From: the human T2T-CHM13v2.0 reference genome, Homo sapiens
Length of the DNA: 64,000 nt
Assembly (NCBI RefSeq): GCF_009914755.1
Contig: NC_060936.1
Direction: 5' to 3' (one strand)
Shown: piece by piece, positions 1 through 14,310 of the stretch
Layout of the letters: every line of letters begins with the position of its first letter
Numbering within the stretch: position 1 is the stretch's first letter
Position numbers and translations under genes: made by a program
The notes under the pieces: generated by a model
The model's database searches: none
What the model was told of the DNA's origin: nothing
Seen by the model: only the letters and a program-made list of their open reading frames with translations

Positions 1-349
1 TTAGTTTATCAAAATTTATTGTAATTTATGTTCAATTAAAAAATATATGACAGTGTGCAAAGAAGGGTCCAACTTAGTGGAAAGAAATGTCAGGTGTCAT
101 TGCATTATGAAGGTAAGGAACTGGTATTCTGTGCTACTTGCACATAAGCTTTTGAGGTTAGCTATGGGCCATGTAGTAATTTTGTACTGTTTATCGGTTC
201 CTCCAATCTAAGATGTTTTATTATATTAATGCTTACATATATGGGTAATATTTCTGCTGTATTCTGTTTTTGTGCCTACTGCTATTGTAGAGTCAAGAGG
301 GAGTTTGAATCTTCTAAATCAGACTAGCTTTCATGCATTATTTAGTCTA

Positions 350-991
<642 letters not shown>

Positions 992-1912
992 GTTTAGAGG
1001 GGCAAGCACTGTACTGAGAGGCAGAGGACAGATTCCGCTTTCCCTTACACTACTATTAACTGTGACCTACGGTGCCTCACCTCTACCAAAAGAAAGTCAC
1101 TTAATTTTTCTGAGCCTAAGGTTCCTGTTTAACAAATAAAGTAGTTTATGAAGTTAATCTCTAAATTTTGTTGCAGCTCTATTATTCTATGATTTCTAAA
1201 TGTAACTCATTCATGAGTCTTCTAAATTCCAAGTTGGGAGTTAGCAATGAACAAAGTCCCAGATTTGTTCAAATACTTTTGTAATCATTTATTTTTCTCA
1301 GTAAATAAGTTAGTCTTTAACTCTAACCACATTAAAAAAATTTAAAATCACATATATCTATAAAAGGTACTTTGGGCTTTGTATTTTCTCTTGATTTTCT
1401 CACAGCACAGGAACGAATTCCCCAAGGAACTAATAGAGTGGGTGGGGAGAGAATCACTTGCTCATTAGTACTTATATTTAAGAGTACAGTGGAGGTGGTA
1501 CTCAAATCAGTCAGTTTAGCTACTCGTTAGTACCACTTTCTAAAGGTTTAATGAGGGAGGAAGGCAAAACCTTTGGCTAAAGGGAAGTTTGGTAATTGCC
1601 TACAGATCTGATATGTTCGTGCACTGCTCTTACGCCTTACGACTATGCATTCTGAAGTACTGTCTGCACCTACTGACAGACATTTATAGCTCCACAAAAG
1701 AAACACATCCCAGGGTCTCCTCAGGTATACCTCTGCCTGACCCCGCTTAGCTCTGGAAATCAGAGCCTGTAATGATGAGAAGTTTCTGTGGGGATAACTG
1801 CCTGCCGACATATATGGAAAGCGCTCGTTGGGGAGAAAATTCACCTTGACTTGCACTGTTGACATGCAATCACTTTCCTGTTGTTGGGGTAGTACTCATC
1901 GCCTGTCCTTAC

Positions 1913-2133
1913 CTGCATAATGCACATTCTGTATAGGAGCTGAAAAATGAAGAGAGGGAGAAGGGTGAGGAAAAATGTTGTGTCTTCTACATGGAGCTCA
2001 CTGTAGCAGCCACCATTTTTTTCTTTGGCATGGTCTAACTGGCTTGTCACGTCTCTGCCAAGATGGCAGTATTGCAGGTGGCATGTTTTCAGTGCACTAA
2101 CCAACACCCCAACGCCTGTCAGGAGAGAACAAC
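1913..2133 (-). CDS. SLC15A5: SLC15A5 coding exon 4 (gene continues beyond the left window edge)
   Basis: Acceptor CTTGCAG|GT completes Arg252. Reads CSLLTGVGVLVSALKTCH...LDHAKEKNGG...VEDTTFFLTLLPLFIFQLLYRMCIMQ. Donor CAG|GTAAGG. 221 nt, cumulative 975 nt (phase 0). Confidence 0.95.
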
Positions 2134-3347
2134 CTGCAAGTAATTGGAGATATTATGTATTAGTATAGGAATTGTTCTCCAGTTTTTCAAGATGCTGATC
2201 AGAAAGATAACGATTCAAGGATTCACGGCAGTGAAGTGAGAAAGTTTTTAGCACCCAAGGGGTCGGACTCAAAGGACCACGCTTCTGACAGTGATTCTGG
2301 CATCCTGATGACCAGCCCATGGTGGCACCTAGCAGTTGATGTCAAAAGTGTAAAAGGTAAGATCAATGAAAACATATTAAAAGGGAAAGAAAGGTGACAA
2401 AATAATACGCCAAAGTTAAGGACTTCAGAATCTCTCAGAAGTCTCTAACTTTAATGCATTAATGAATACAATAAACTGAACTTTCTTTAACATCCTTAAC
2501 ACAAAGAACTAGTACTATTTTTTCATATAAATTATTATATAAATAATCCTCATTTTACTTGGCAGGTAGAGGGTGGCTTCTTATTGTGACATGGAGATGA
2601 AGGGAAATGTAATCTCTGCTTTGACTTTATCCTTGGATTTAGAAATAAGGTTAGACTATGAACTCTCTAAATGATTTTATGCATGTTGATAGTGTCATTA
2701 AGAGTTCAGATTAGATTAGTTGGCTTTTGACTTTTCCAGTAGTTTCTTCTAGGTTTACATGGCTGTTGCTGCACGATCAGAAGCGCTTTATTGCTTCAGA
2801 TGGCAGCAGTCACTTACTGCTAGTGATTTGCAACCTCATTGTTGCTTCTTTTATGATCTTTTAGTTCCTACCTTTTCTTTGACTCCATTAGGATTTCCTG
2901 ATACAATGACAGATAAGAGACCCCCGTTTAGGCAGCAGTTCAGCTGTGCTGTCATGATAGTTACAGTTTTTCATAGCACTCCCTTTGACCAGATAAATCC
3001 CCCCAGAAATTACGTAGACACCAAACTACTGTTGCCAGGTAAATGGCATAATAAATGTGAAAATGTTTGTGTTTCTCCAAAGAAGGCTGCTATAGAAACT
3101 CAAAGTATAGTTTGAAAGTCATTTTGATTATGTTCAAGTTTCCTATAATAAAATTCTAGATAAAATGCATTCTAATGAAATTCATTTATATGCCATAGAG
3201 TCTTGGTTTTTATGTTTAAATAAAGAATATGTATTAATATATTTTTATAGCTATAAAGTGGTTAGATTGATTTGATCTGGTCTTTTCTTCAAGAGTTGTA
3301 ATAGACCCATTATGTCAGCCTTTGATTAATTGAGGAAGCTGGGGGCC

Positions 3348-3470
3348 TGGTAATTGAATATGGAGCCTTTCACCTCTAAGTCACTGAATCAAATCCAGCC
3401 CAAATTGGTAGTGACCAAGAATGATTACAGCTGTGGCTCTTTGGTGGCCTTTGTGAAGTGTGTTTAGGTC
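3348..3470 (+). mobile_element. Ancient LF-SINE (LFSINE_Vert-like) 5' fragment
   Basis: TGGTAATTGAATATGGAGCCTTTCACCTCTAAGTCACTGAATCAAATCCAGCCCAAATTGGTAGTGACC...TTTGGTGGCCTTTGTGAAGTG matches, from memory, the tRNA-derived 5' region of the LF-SINE consensus (GGAGCCTTTCACCTCTAGGTCACTGG..TCAAATCCAGCCCAGGTCGGTAGTGACC). Confidence 0.75.
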
Positions 3471-4216
3471 ATCTGGGAGTATGTTGGGATACTTGCTAAC
3501 AGGAGATAGGCTTATATCTATGGTCACTTTTGTCTCTTCTTAGTCACTATTGCCTGAAGTAGATGAAGGCCCAGGTACTGGTAAGGCCAAGAAGACAGAA
3601 GCCACTGTGAGAGGCCAAGATTTGTTTCTCTTAGGAAAGAAGTAATAGGGACTGCTCTTTATTATTAGAGAATGAACTGCTCTATTATGAGACTTTCCTA
3701 GCTATTTCAATTAGTTTACTTAAGGTTTAGGTAAGATGAGAACAGAGAATGTGTTGATGAACAGTCTGGAGACTGAATTCGAACAAGCCTGGGCTGGGTG
3801 GCTTAACTTCCTGACATTTCCTTACAATCTTGTCTCTATTACTCATCAACCTGTTCTCTGCTAAACTCTTGAAGAGTGGTGCTGGGTAGATAGTAGGGTT
3901 ATTATGAACACTGATCCAAATTAACTTTATGCTTTCAGATAGGTTTGATCATTAAATGATAAGTACTTGCAGGATGAAAGATTATTTCCAAAGATATTTT
4001 CCCCAGTTTCCCCCCAATTTTTAAAATTCAGGAATTTGTATTAAATATAATATATTTTAAACTCACTAACCGTTTTTTTGTATAAACAATCACTATTTGT
4101 TGCAAGATAAACTTGGATCTGCTTCTAATACATGACAAATTGATACCTGCAATCTTATTAAATTATTAAATATTGCCATCATTTTATTTCTAATGAGAGG
4201 TAGTGGTAGTTCAGAT

Positions 4217-4509
4217 TAGTGCTTTTCAACCTGTGTTAAAAATGAGTTTTTAAAAAAATATCTCAACTATCGTGGTCAATTCATTTGTGAAATCCAATAA
4301 AAATGAAATATCTAAACATAAAATAAAGACATACAAAATATAAGCCCTGATATTTTTATTATTAGATTCAACAGACATAAGATGTCACTGTCCATAAATA
4401 TTTCTATATGTTTTCTCTTAGTGTCTGTATTTATTTTGTTGTATACTGGCAACAAACAGTTCAGAGACCAGCACTGCTCCATGAACCATGCTTTATGTGA
4501 AGCACTGGC
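4217..4509. mobile_element. hAT-Charlie-type non-autonomous DNA transposon
   Basis: Imperfect terminal inverted repeats (TAGTGCTT... and ...AAGCACTG) around an AT-rich Charlie-like interior. Subfamily uncertain. Confidence 0.55.
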
Positions 4510-4689
4510 TTCAGTTGAATATGTACTTTGAAAAATGAACTTGTTTAAACAAATAAAATTGTATCAGATATAGTGATATGAAGCAACAAAAACAAAATGG
4601 TCAAGAAACAAGAAATGAGAACATATGAATGAGGTCTAAAACTCTAGCTAACACAGCAAGGGCATATAATTGATGCCAAAGAAATGTCA

Positions 4690-5960
4690 TTACAATCATT
4701 GATTTATTCCACGTACTTACTGAGAATCTACTAGGAGTCAGAAAACTGTTTTGGGCCCTGAAAATATAGCAGTGAACGGTACCTACAAACTCCTGATTCT
4801 TCTTTGTGGTGGGGGAGACCCTAAAAGCAGGAAAATATTAGGCAAGTTCTATGATGAAAACACAGTGGGCTGTTATGATAGAGACCCATTGTGGGGTAGA
4901 GGAGACCTCCTAGAGAGTTGACGTATGAACTGAGGATTAAATGACTAGAAACAGGCAAAGAGACGTAGGAAACATATGCCAGGCTTATCATGAAGTAGAA
5001 ATTAGCCAGGACGGGTTCAGAAAGCATAAAGGCCAATAGGCAGGAGCTCAGTTAGAGGGAAGATTGCGGGGAGATGAGGTCTAGGAGGTTGTCAGGGGGG
5101 TCAGATCATATAGCTCAAAGTAAGGAACTTGACGTTTATCTACAATATTATAGAAAACCATTAAGAAGTTTTAAGTATACTAGAGAGATCTTATGATGTA
5201 TATTTTAAAATAGTTACCCTGGAACCCTAGTAGCTGCATGGATAATGAATTTTAGGGACCTGGGGAACAGGCAAGAGATAGTGGTGACCCAGACTAGTAC
5301 AGTAGTAGCCATGAAGAGATATGAAGAGAATAGGATGGTTTTTGAACAATCAGTAAAATTTTCTGATGTGGGAAAGGGGTGAAGAAGTGAGAAAATTTGA
5401 AGATGTCTACTTTTTTCCCCCTTAAACAGCTGGGTGTTGGTGACTTTATTGAGAGGGAGAAAACAAGAAGCTGGTGTGTAGTTAGCTGAATCAGGAGTTG
5501 TGTTTTGGTCAAATTAAATTTGAGGAATTATTAGATGATAACCAAGTCAATATGTCAAATAAGAAGTAGAATATATGCTTTTCAAGGTCAGGAGAGAGGT
5601 CAATATAACATTGAGTGGTGTATTAGATGGCATTAAAAGCCATGAGTCCAGAGATTAGTTAAGGAAAGAGGGCAGGAAGAGAAGATTCAGTGTCCCTGGA
5701 ATGAATCCTAGGGCTGCACATCCGTTAGGAAGTTATCACAGGAGAAAGGTTGGTTAAGGAGACTGAGAAGAGGTAGACAATGTGCTAGATGGGTTGTAAG
5801 AGGGAAAGAAAGTGGTGAAGTAATAAACCTAAGTTGATCAACTGGACTGAGAGAGACCCAGTAAGTCAGCAAGAGAGTCCAAGAAAAGGAACTATACAAT
5901 AATCTGTCTACCCAAAGGGAGTGGCCCTTGTCCCATGAAACTGTAGTTACCACTGAATGT
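4690..5960 (-). mobile_element. L2 LINE fragments
   Basis: Degenerate L2 3'-end motif (TTATTC..TACTTACTGAG..CTACTA) followed by purine-rich L2-like sequence. Confidence 0.55.
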
Positions 5961-8900
5961 TAGGATGGATACCTGTTGAAAACATTTACATCTAAACATC
6001 ATACCACTTCCTTGGATTAATCCATTAGACTTAATAGAAAACTCACGCCTTCTATGCAAATAATTTTGGGTGTCATGTAGGCTCAGCCTTTAAAAAAGTC
6101 CATTATCATTACAGTTCTCAAATTGATTTTCTGTACCAGGAGCAGAAATGGGAAGTTGACGAAAATACTGAAATGAAAAATTCAACTGAGACTTCAAGCT
6201 CTGGTTTAAATGTGCATGGCAAACACACCAGGCGTGCACATTTTAAAATAAAACAGATGAGCTATTTTAAGTGTTTTATTGCAAAACTTAAAGATTGTAG
6301 TTATTACTATTTTTTAAAAAACTTTTAGAAAGCAGTTTTCCTATTCTTTGTACCTTTAAGTCCTTGGCTCTAATATTCTACTCTTCTGACCTTGATCTAA
6401 TCATGAATATCTATGCTACTTAATTATAATTAAAAAAAAGCCTACATTGCACTCTAGATGGTAGATGCACATTTTTTCTTCTTTGGTCACCTGCCAGTTC
6501 TCAAAATTATAGCAGTGGGAAGAAATGCAAATGAATTCCGTGCTTGACAGCTAAACATAATGAAATGCATGGTCCACATTTGAAAAGTTACCTTAAAATA
6601 AAAGGTAGCATATAAAAAATCATTTCTTTAAGGTCACCTGTGGCTTTGAATTACAGCTTTGAGGAATTTCCAATTTAGTCATCAGAAAGAAGCCAAAATA
6701 AGGATTACACACCTCACTAAAGGAAAGACAGAGTTTTACTTCATCATAGTTGGGTGAGCTTAGAAATAGTAAACAAAACAAGCAAAACAAAGCACAACCC
6801 TCAAATATTCATTTTATAGAGCCTTGTGTAAAGTCAGCCACTTGAGAGCATTTTCTATGCTAATTGTTCCTGTAGCTAATAAAGTTTTTTCTTGTTAACA
6901 TCCAAAAATAGGTTACCTTATCACATGTTAAAATGTGTAATATATGGACTGCAATAGGCTGGCAGTAAACAGAGTTTATTACATAGATCTGTATTAGTTG
7001 AAAGAGAATTGTATTTCTTGATTCAGATGAATGTATATTCAAATAGTAGATTAAGAAGCAAATGAATGGATGCTGAACAGTTATTTAGAAAATTTGAATC
7101 CAAAAATAGTATATATGAATATATGTATACATATGTATGCATATGTGTGTGCGTATTCACAAAACTCCAAATTATTTGATAATTGGACACTTGAGAAAGT
7201 GCCAAAGTGGTTTTTAGGAAAAATCATATACTTTACATTTTCTTCTTTTTTTGCTATTGGGGACTTTTTGCATATTGACCGCATTCTATAGACTACTAGG
7301 AGGACATGTACTGCTAAGTGTGGTCCACAGGCCACAGAGCTCTCAGAAACAGGGCAGAGGCTTCTGTGTATAATATTTTCAATGCTTCACTGCCTCAGTA
7401 TGTGGTGTAATAGAATGAGCTCCAGCCTAAGAAAAATAGGCTTGGGTTCTGGTTCCACTTCAGCTCTTTTCTGTGACATCTTGAGCAAGTCATTTAATTA
7501 TATTATGTCTCAGTTTCTGTGCTCAGCTTAACAATAACAAACACTGATTGAACACTTACCATATTCAAGTATTTATAAGACACAGGAATTTCTAATTGTG
7601 TTTATAAATAGATAATTTCAACATGTGGTAAATAAAATGGTAAAGATGTGTTCAGAGTGCTACAGGAGCAGAGGCAAAGCATCCAGAGTCTAGTCTGCAA
7701 AAGGTGCCCTTCCCACCTACATTGTAGGTATATGATAAAAATAAAATAACATTGGTGAATGCGCTTCATTTTTAAAAATGTAACTCATTGCATTACTATT
7801 GGTAGTAGCTGTATAGAGAAATAGCAGGAAAAGAAAAATATGTTACGAATTAAGGTCTGAGTTAAACAAGATGAATAGAGAGACTTAACAATGGAACAGA
7901 ATAGAAACTCCAGAAGTGCAAGCGAAAGTACGCAATGAAGATGGCGTCTAAAATCAGTTTGAAAAACATAGACTTTTTAATAAGTAAGATTAGGATAAGT
8001 TGGTAATAATATGGAAAAAAGATACAGTTGGGTTTATTCTTAAAAGATATTCTAACATAATTTATGAAGGGGTCAGAGAGGTAAAGAAAAGAGGCAATAA
8101 AATGAATACTAAAAGAAAATGTGGGTTAATTCTTTTATAACCTGAAAGTGAGTAAAACTTTTTGACCATGACTCAAAATGTAGAAGCAATAAGGGAGAAT
8201 ATTGAAGAATTTTATTACAAACATAAGCCCCAATGAAAGACAAAACAAACACATGGAAAACCCTGTGCATAAAAAAATAACACAAGAAGCAAGTTAAAAA
8301 TATGTGTGATAAATAGGGAATAATATTTGCAACTTTTGTCATGGACAAAGTGTTAATACTCCCAAAATATAATGCTCTAAAAATTGACAAGAAATGAATA
8401 CAAAACAACCTATTCTTAACAAATTGGACAAAGAAGAAATCACAAGGGAATTTAGAAAATATCTGGACACAGATTAAAACAAAAACACACTATACCAAAA
8501 CTTATGAGATGCAGCAAGAGTGGTAAATACTAAGAGGAAAGTTTATAATGGCAAATGTTTACATTAATAAAGAAGAATGATCTCAAATCAATAACTTAAC
8601 CTTACACCTCAAGGAACTAGAGAAAGAACAAACAACACAAAGTCAGAAGAAAGAAGGAAATAATAAAGATTAGAGCAGAGATAAACAAAATAGAGAATGG
8701 AAAACAGTAGAAAAAACTCAATGAAAGCATGTTGATTTTTGGAAAGATTAAAAAAATTAACAAACCCTTATGTAGACTAAGAAAAATAGAGGAAAGACTC
8801 AAATAATTAAAATTAGAAATGAAAGGAGACATTACAAATGATGTCACAGAAATAAAAAGGATTATAGAGGAAGAATTGTACGCCAACAAATTATATAATC

Positions 8901-10922
8901 TAGAAGAAATGGATAGCTTTCTATAAACATACAACCTACTAAGACTGAATCATGACAAAATAAAAAATCTGAAAAGACCTAAAACTAGTGAAAAGACTTA
9001 AACAGTAATCAAAAACCCCCTAACAAAGAAAAGCCCAAGACCAGATGGATCCACTGGAGAACGGTACCAAACATTTAAAGAAGAATTAACACCTGTTTTT
9101 CTTCAACTCTTCCAAAGACTCTAAAAAGAGAAAACATTCCCAACTATTCTGAGGCCAGCATTACTTTGATACCAAAACCAGACAAAGACATAACAAGAAA
9201 AGTACAGATCAATAGTTCTGATGAATATTGATATAAAATAGAAACAAACCAAGTTCAATAGCACATTAAATGGATCATAGACCACAGACAAGTGGAATTT
9301 ATACCTGGAATTCAAAAATAGTTCAACATACAAAAATCAATCAATGTATTACATCAATGTATTACATCACATTAACAAAATGAAGGACAAAAACCACATG
9401 ATCATCTCAATGGATGCAGGAAAAACATTTGAGAAAATTCAACACCCTTTCATGATAAAAACATTAGACAAACTAAGAATAGCAGGAAACTACCTTAACA
9501 TAATAAAAGTCATATATGAATATCCCACCGCTGACATCATACTCAATGGGAAAGACTGAATGCTTTTCCTCTAAGATTAGGAACAAGGCAAAGATGCCCA
9601 CTCTTGCTACTATAATTGAACATAGTGCTGAAAGTTTCAGACAGAGAAATAACAAGAGAAAAAACTAAAAAGCATACAAATCAGAATAGAAGAAGGAAAA
9701 GCGCCTCTGTTCACAGACGGCATGATCTTATATGTACCAAACACTAAGAATTCGACACAAAAGTCATTAGAATTAATAAAGGAGTTCAGCAGTTTCAGAA
9801 TACAAGATCAGCACTCAAAAATCAGTTGCATTTCTATAATTAACGATGACTGATCTGAAAGCAAATTAAGGAAACATTCCCATATACTATAGCATTGAAA
9901 AGATAAATACTTAGAAATAAACTTAACGAAGAAGGTGAAAGACTTGTATAATGGAAACTATAAAACTTTACTAAAAAAAATTGAAGAATATACAAATAAA
10001 TGGAAAGATATCCTGTGCTTGTGAATTGGAAGACTTAATATTGTTAAAATGTCCATACTAGCCAAAGTGATCTATAGATTCAATGCAATCCCTGTCAAAA
10101 TCTCAATAGCATTTTTGCAGAAATAGAAAAAAATTCCTGAAATTCATATGGAATATTAATAGTGAAAACAAACTTGAAAAAGAAAATTGAAGTTGGATGT
10201 CCCACACTTCTTGATTTTAAAACATACTACAAAGTAACAGCAATTAAGAGTACAAGGTTCTGATATGAAGATAGATATAAGACCAATGGAACAGAGTAGA
10301 GAGCCCAAAAATACACCTTCGCACATGTTGGCGAATAATTTTCATCAGGGGTGCCAAGACTACGTAAGGGGGAAAGGACAGTCTCTTCAACAAATAGGGC
10401 GGGGTAAATCGGATATCCACATGCAAAAGAATGAAGTTGGATCCTTGCTTTAGACCATGTACAAAAATTAACTCAAAATAAATTAAAGACCTAAAACCAT
10501 TAAACTCCTACAGGAAGAAACTATAGGGCAACAGCTTCAGAAGACTGGATTTAGCAATGATTTCTTGGACATGACAATAAAACACAGGCAACAAAAAAAT
10601 TAAAAATAGACAAATGGGATGACATCAAACATGAAAACGTCGGCATTTCAAAGAAAACAATCCACAGAGTGAAAAGGCAACATATGGAATGGGGGAAAAT
10701 AATTGCAAAACATATGTCTGATATGGGGCTAATATCCAGAATATATAATGAACTTCTACAACTTAAGAAAAATCCCCCCAACCTCAAATAACCTGTTTAA
10801 AAAATGACCAAAGGACTTGAATAGAATTTTCTTCAAAGAAGATTTACAGATGGCCAATACACACATGAAAAGATGCTCAACATCACTAATTACTAGGGAA
10901 ATGCAAATCAAAACCATAATGA

Positions 10923-11057
10923 GGCTGGGTGCCGTGGCTCACACTTCTAATCCCAGCATTTTGGGAGGATGAGGTGGGAAAATCCTTTGAGCTCAGGATT
11001 TTGAGATCAGCCTAGGCAACATAGGGAGAGACCCTGTCTTTGAAATAATAATAAGAA
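10923..11057 (+). mobile_element. Alu monomer (FLAM-like) inserted in L1
   Basis: GGCTGGGTGCCGTGGCTCACACTTCTAATCCCAGC...GAGACCCTGTCT plus a (TAA)n tail. Single arm only. Confidence 0.85.
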
Positions 11058-11801
11058 GATGTCACTTCATAGCCATCATTCAAGGTGGGCAGTATTAAAA
11101 GATCAGAAAAATACTGCGTTGACGAGGATGTGGAGAAATTGTGGGTAACCCTTGTGCACTGTTGGTGGAAATGTAAAATGGTGCAGCCATTGTGGAAAGC
11201 AGTAAAAAGAGTTCTCAAAAACTTTAAAGTAGAATTACTACTATATGATTCAGCAATCCCACTTCTGAGTATATATCCATAAGAATTCAAAGTGAGATTC
11301 TGAGGAAATATTTACATACCCTCATTCATCTCAGCATTATTTATATTTGCCAAGAGCTAGACACATCCCACATGTCCATTGTTAGACAAGTGAATAAAGA
11401 AAATGTGGTATATACATAAAATGGAATGTTATGTGGTATTAATATCCTAATATTCTCAAGGTATATCCATGTTGTAGCATGTGACAGGATGCTACAACAT
11501 GGATAAACGTTGAGGATATTAGGCTAAGTGAGTAGTCTTAAAAGGACAAAGACCCTGTCTTTGAAATAATAATAATAATATGATTCCACTCATATGAAGT
11601 AGCTAAAGCAGTCAAAAAATAGAAACAGAAAGTAGAAAAGCATTTACCAAGGACTAGGAGGAGTGGGGAGGATGAATTAGTGTTTAGTGGGTATACAGCT
11701 TTAGTGTTGCGGCAAGATGAAAAAGTTCTAGAAATCCATTGCATAACAATATGAATATACTTAACACTACTGAACTGTACACTTAAAATGATTAAGATGG
11801 T

Positions 11802-12536
11802 TTATTTCCCTTAACACAATGTCTTCCAGTTCTACTGGTGTTGCTGCAAATGACAGGATTTCATTCCTTTTTATGGCTGAATAGTATTCCATCGTGTATA
11901 GATACCACATTTTCTTTATTCATTCATTTGTTGTTGGATGCCTAGACTGATTCCATATCTCAGCTATTGTGAGTAGTGCTGCAATAAATATGAGGGTGCA
12001 AATGTCTCTGATGTATTGATTTTCCTTCCTTTGGATAAATGAATGAAACTGCAAGACATTATGTTAAGTGAAATAAGCCAAGAGAAAGTTAAACATTGCA
12101 TGTTCTCATTTACATGTGGAAGCCAGAAAAAGCTGATCTCAAAGAAGTAAAACGTAGAACAGAGGATATTAGAGGCTGGGAAGCATAGGGGCAAGGGAGA
12201 GATTTATTAAGTGACACAAAATTATAGCTAGGTAGGAGGAATACGTATTAGTGTTCTATACCACTGTAGGATGACTATAGTTAACAATAAAATATTATAT
12301 AGTTTTAGATAGCTAGAAGAAGGATATTGAATTTTCCCAACACAAAGAAATGATGTTTGAAATGATGGATCTGCCAATTACCCTGATGTGATTACTATAC
12401 CTTATATGTATTGAAACATCACTATGTACCTCGTAAATATGTACAATTATTATTATCAGTTAAAAGCTACAATAAATAGTCCTGATAGCTGAATGCCTGA
12501 GCTGAAAATTACATGTTCATCTTATACACTCAGAAA
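11802..12536 (+). mobile_element. 5'-inverted (twin-primed) L1MA 3' fragment
   Basis: Antisense L1 3' sequence at about 11802-12035, then sense L1MA 3'UTR to about 12477. TSD AAAATGAT(T/A)AAGATGGT at 11785-11801 and 12537-12553. Confidence 0.75.
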
Positions 12537-13913
12537 AAAATGATAAAGATGGTAAATTTTATATTATGTGTTTTTTTACCACAATAAATACCACAACCCT
12601 ATAGAAAAGTTGAACTAGAAACACGAACAGGTAATTCACTGAAAAAGAAATTCAAAATGCTCTAAGGCAATGAAAAGATGCTCACCTCTTCTCAAAATAA
12701 GAAAAATGCAAATTTAAACCACAGCAAGATACCATTTTCCACTCTCAAATTGGCAAAAATCCCAAAGTTTGACAATATACTTTGTTTGAGAGGCTGTGGG
12801 GAAAAAGGCATTCTTGTACATTTTTGGTAGAAATACAAAATAGTGCCACAACCACTATAGAAAGGAATTTGGCAACATATAGAAAAATTATATATGGACT
12901 TACTTTTGATTTGGCAATATTACTTCTAGGAATCTATCCTAAAGATACACTGGCAAAAAAGAAAAGCAAAGAGAAACATGCACCAAGCTATTTGTTAGAA
13001 TCTACTTAATATGGCAAATGTAAAAAAAAACCCAAATGTCTATCCATATGGAACTGGTAAAATAAATGATAGTTTGTTACACGATGAATATACAATTATA
13101 AAATGATCCCTAAACTATACTAAGTAAAAAAAAAGCAAGTGAGAAAAGTGTGAATTATATGTTACTTCTTACATCAAAAGGGCAGACAATATATATGCCT
13201 ACATGCACCCACACATATTTTAATATTTGCATTTATTTAAAAATGGAAGGATAATCCATAAAACAAAGGAAGCAATGAAAAACAGCAAGAGGCTTATCTG
13301 AACGACTAAGGTACCAACATGAAGGGGACTTCACTGTCCAAATATGGAAACAAATTTGAGAATCACTAGCTGTAGTAGATTAAAATACATAAAAAATGCT
13401 TAAGAGCATAAATTCATAATCATAGTTTTTTTAAAGAAATCCTAATAGTTACATTAGCAGAATGTTGAAATTCAACTCAATAATTTGCAAATCTATAGAT
13501 AGAAGGAAATAATTAAATGTTTATCTTCTTTTTATTACATATACTATACCTCAATGTAACTAGCTGATGAGGAGATACCTGTCTTTATGAAACTATTTCA
13601 GCTAGTAAAAGAGGAAGAAATATAGAATATGATCACCTTGCAATCCTCAATAAAATATTGGATTTGGGCAAAAATCATCAATGAATGCTAACTCTGCAAA
13701 AACAGACATTATGCCTCTTAATTAAAGTACATAATGCCACCTATGAAGAAATTTGACCAAAATAAAATCTGAATCTGCGAGTATCTAGGTCTATTAGAAA
13801 ATTTACGGGAAATACAGAGGGAAAGCACTATGAGGATGCAATTCACAAAATCCCGACTATGGGAAATGCTCTAAGAAATGTTAAGATTTCTTTTTAAAAA
13901 ATAATAAATTAGG

Positions 13914-14310
<397 letters not shown>

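Larger units (their letters stand above)
7840..13900 (+). mobile_element. Nested old L1 cluster: L1MB/L1MA ORF2 to 3'UTR (about 8430-11800) within older L1M fragments
   Basis: Decayed ORF2 homology (ORFs 9344..9559 [24 protein letters not shown], 10265..10453, 11085..11282), A-rich plus strand, many stops and frameshifts. Confidence 0.9.

Noticed and set aside
1548-1865. 105-aa minus-strand ORF just after exon 4, in a mildly CpG-richer patch
   Set aside because: No similarity to the POT C-terminal half, no convincing splice sites linking it to exon 4, and CpG density far below island level.
8430-11800. Potentially active L1 ORF2
   Set aside because: No 5'UTR or ORF1, many stops and frameshifts, and nested insertions.
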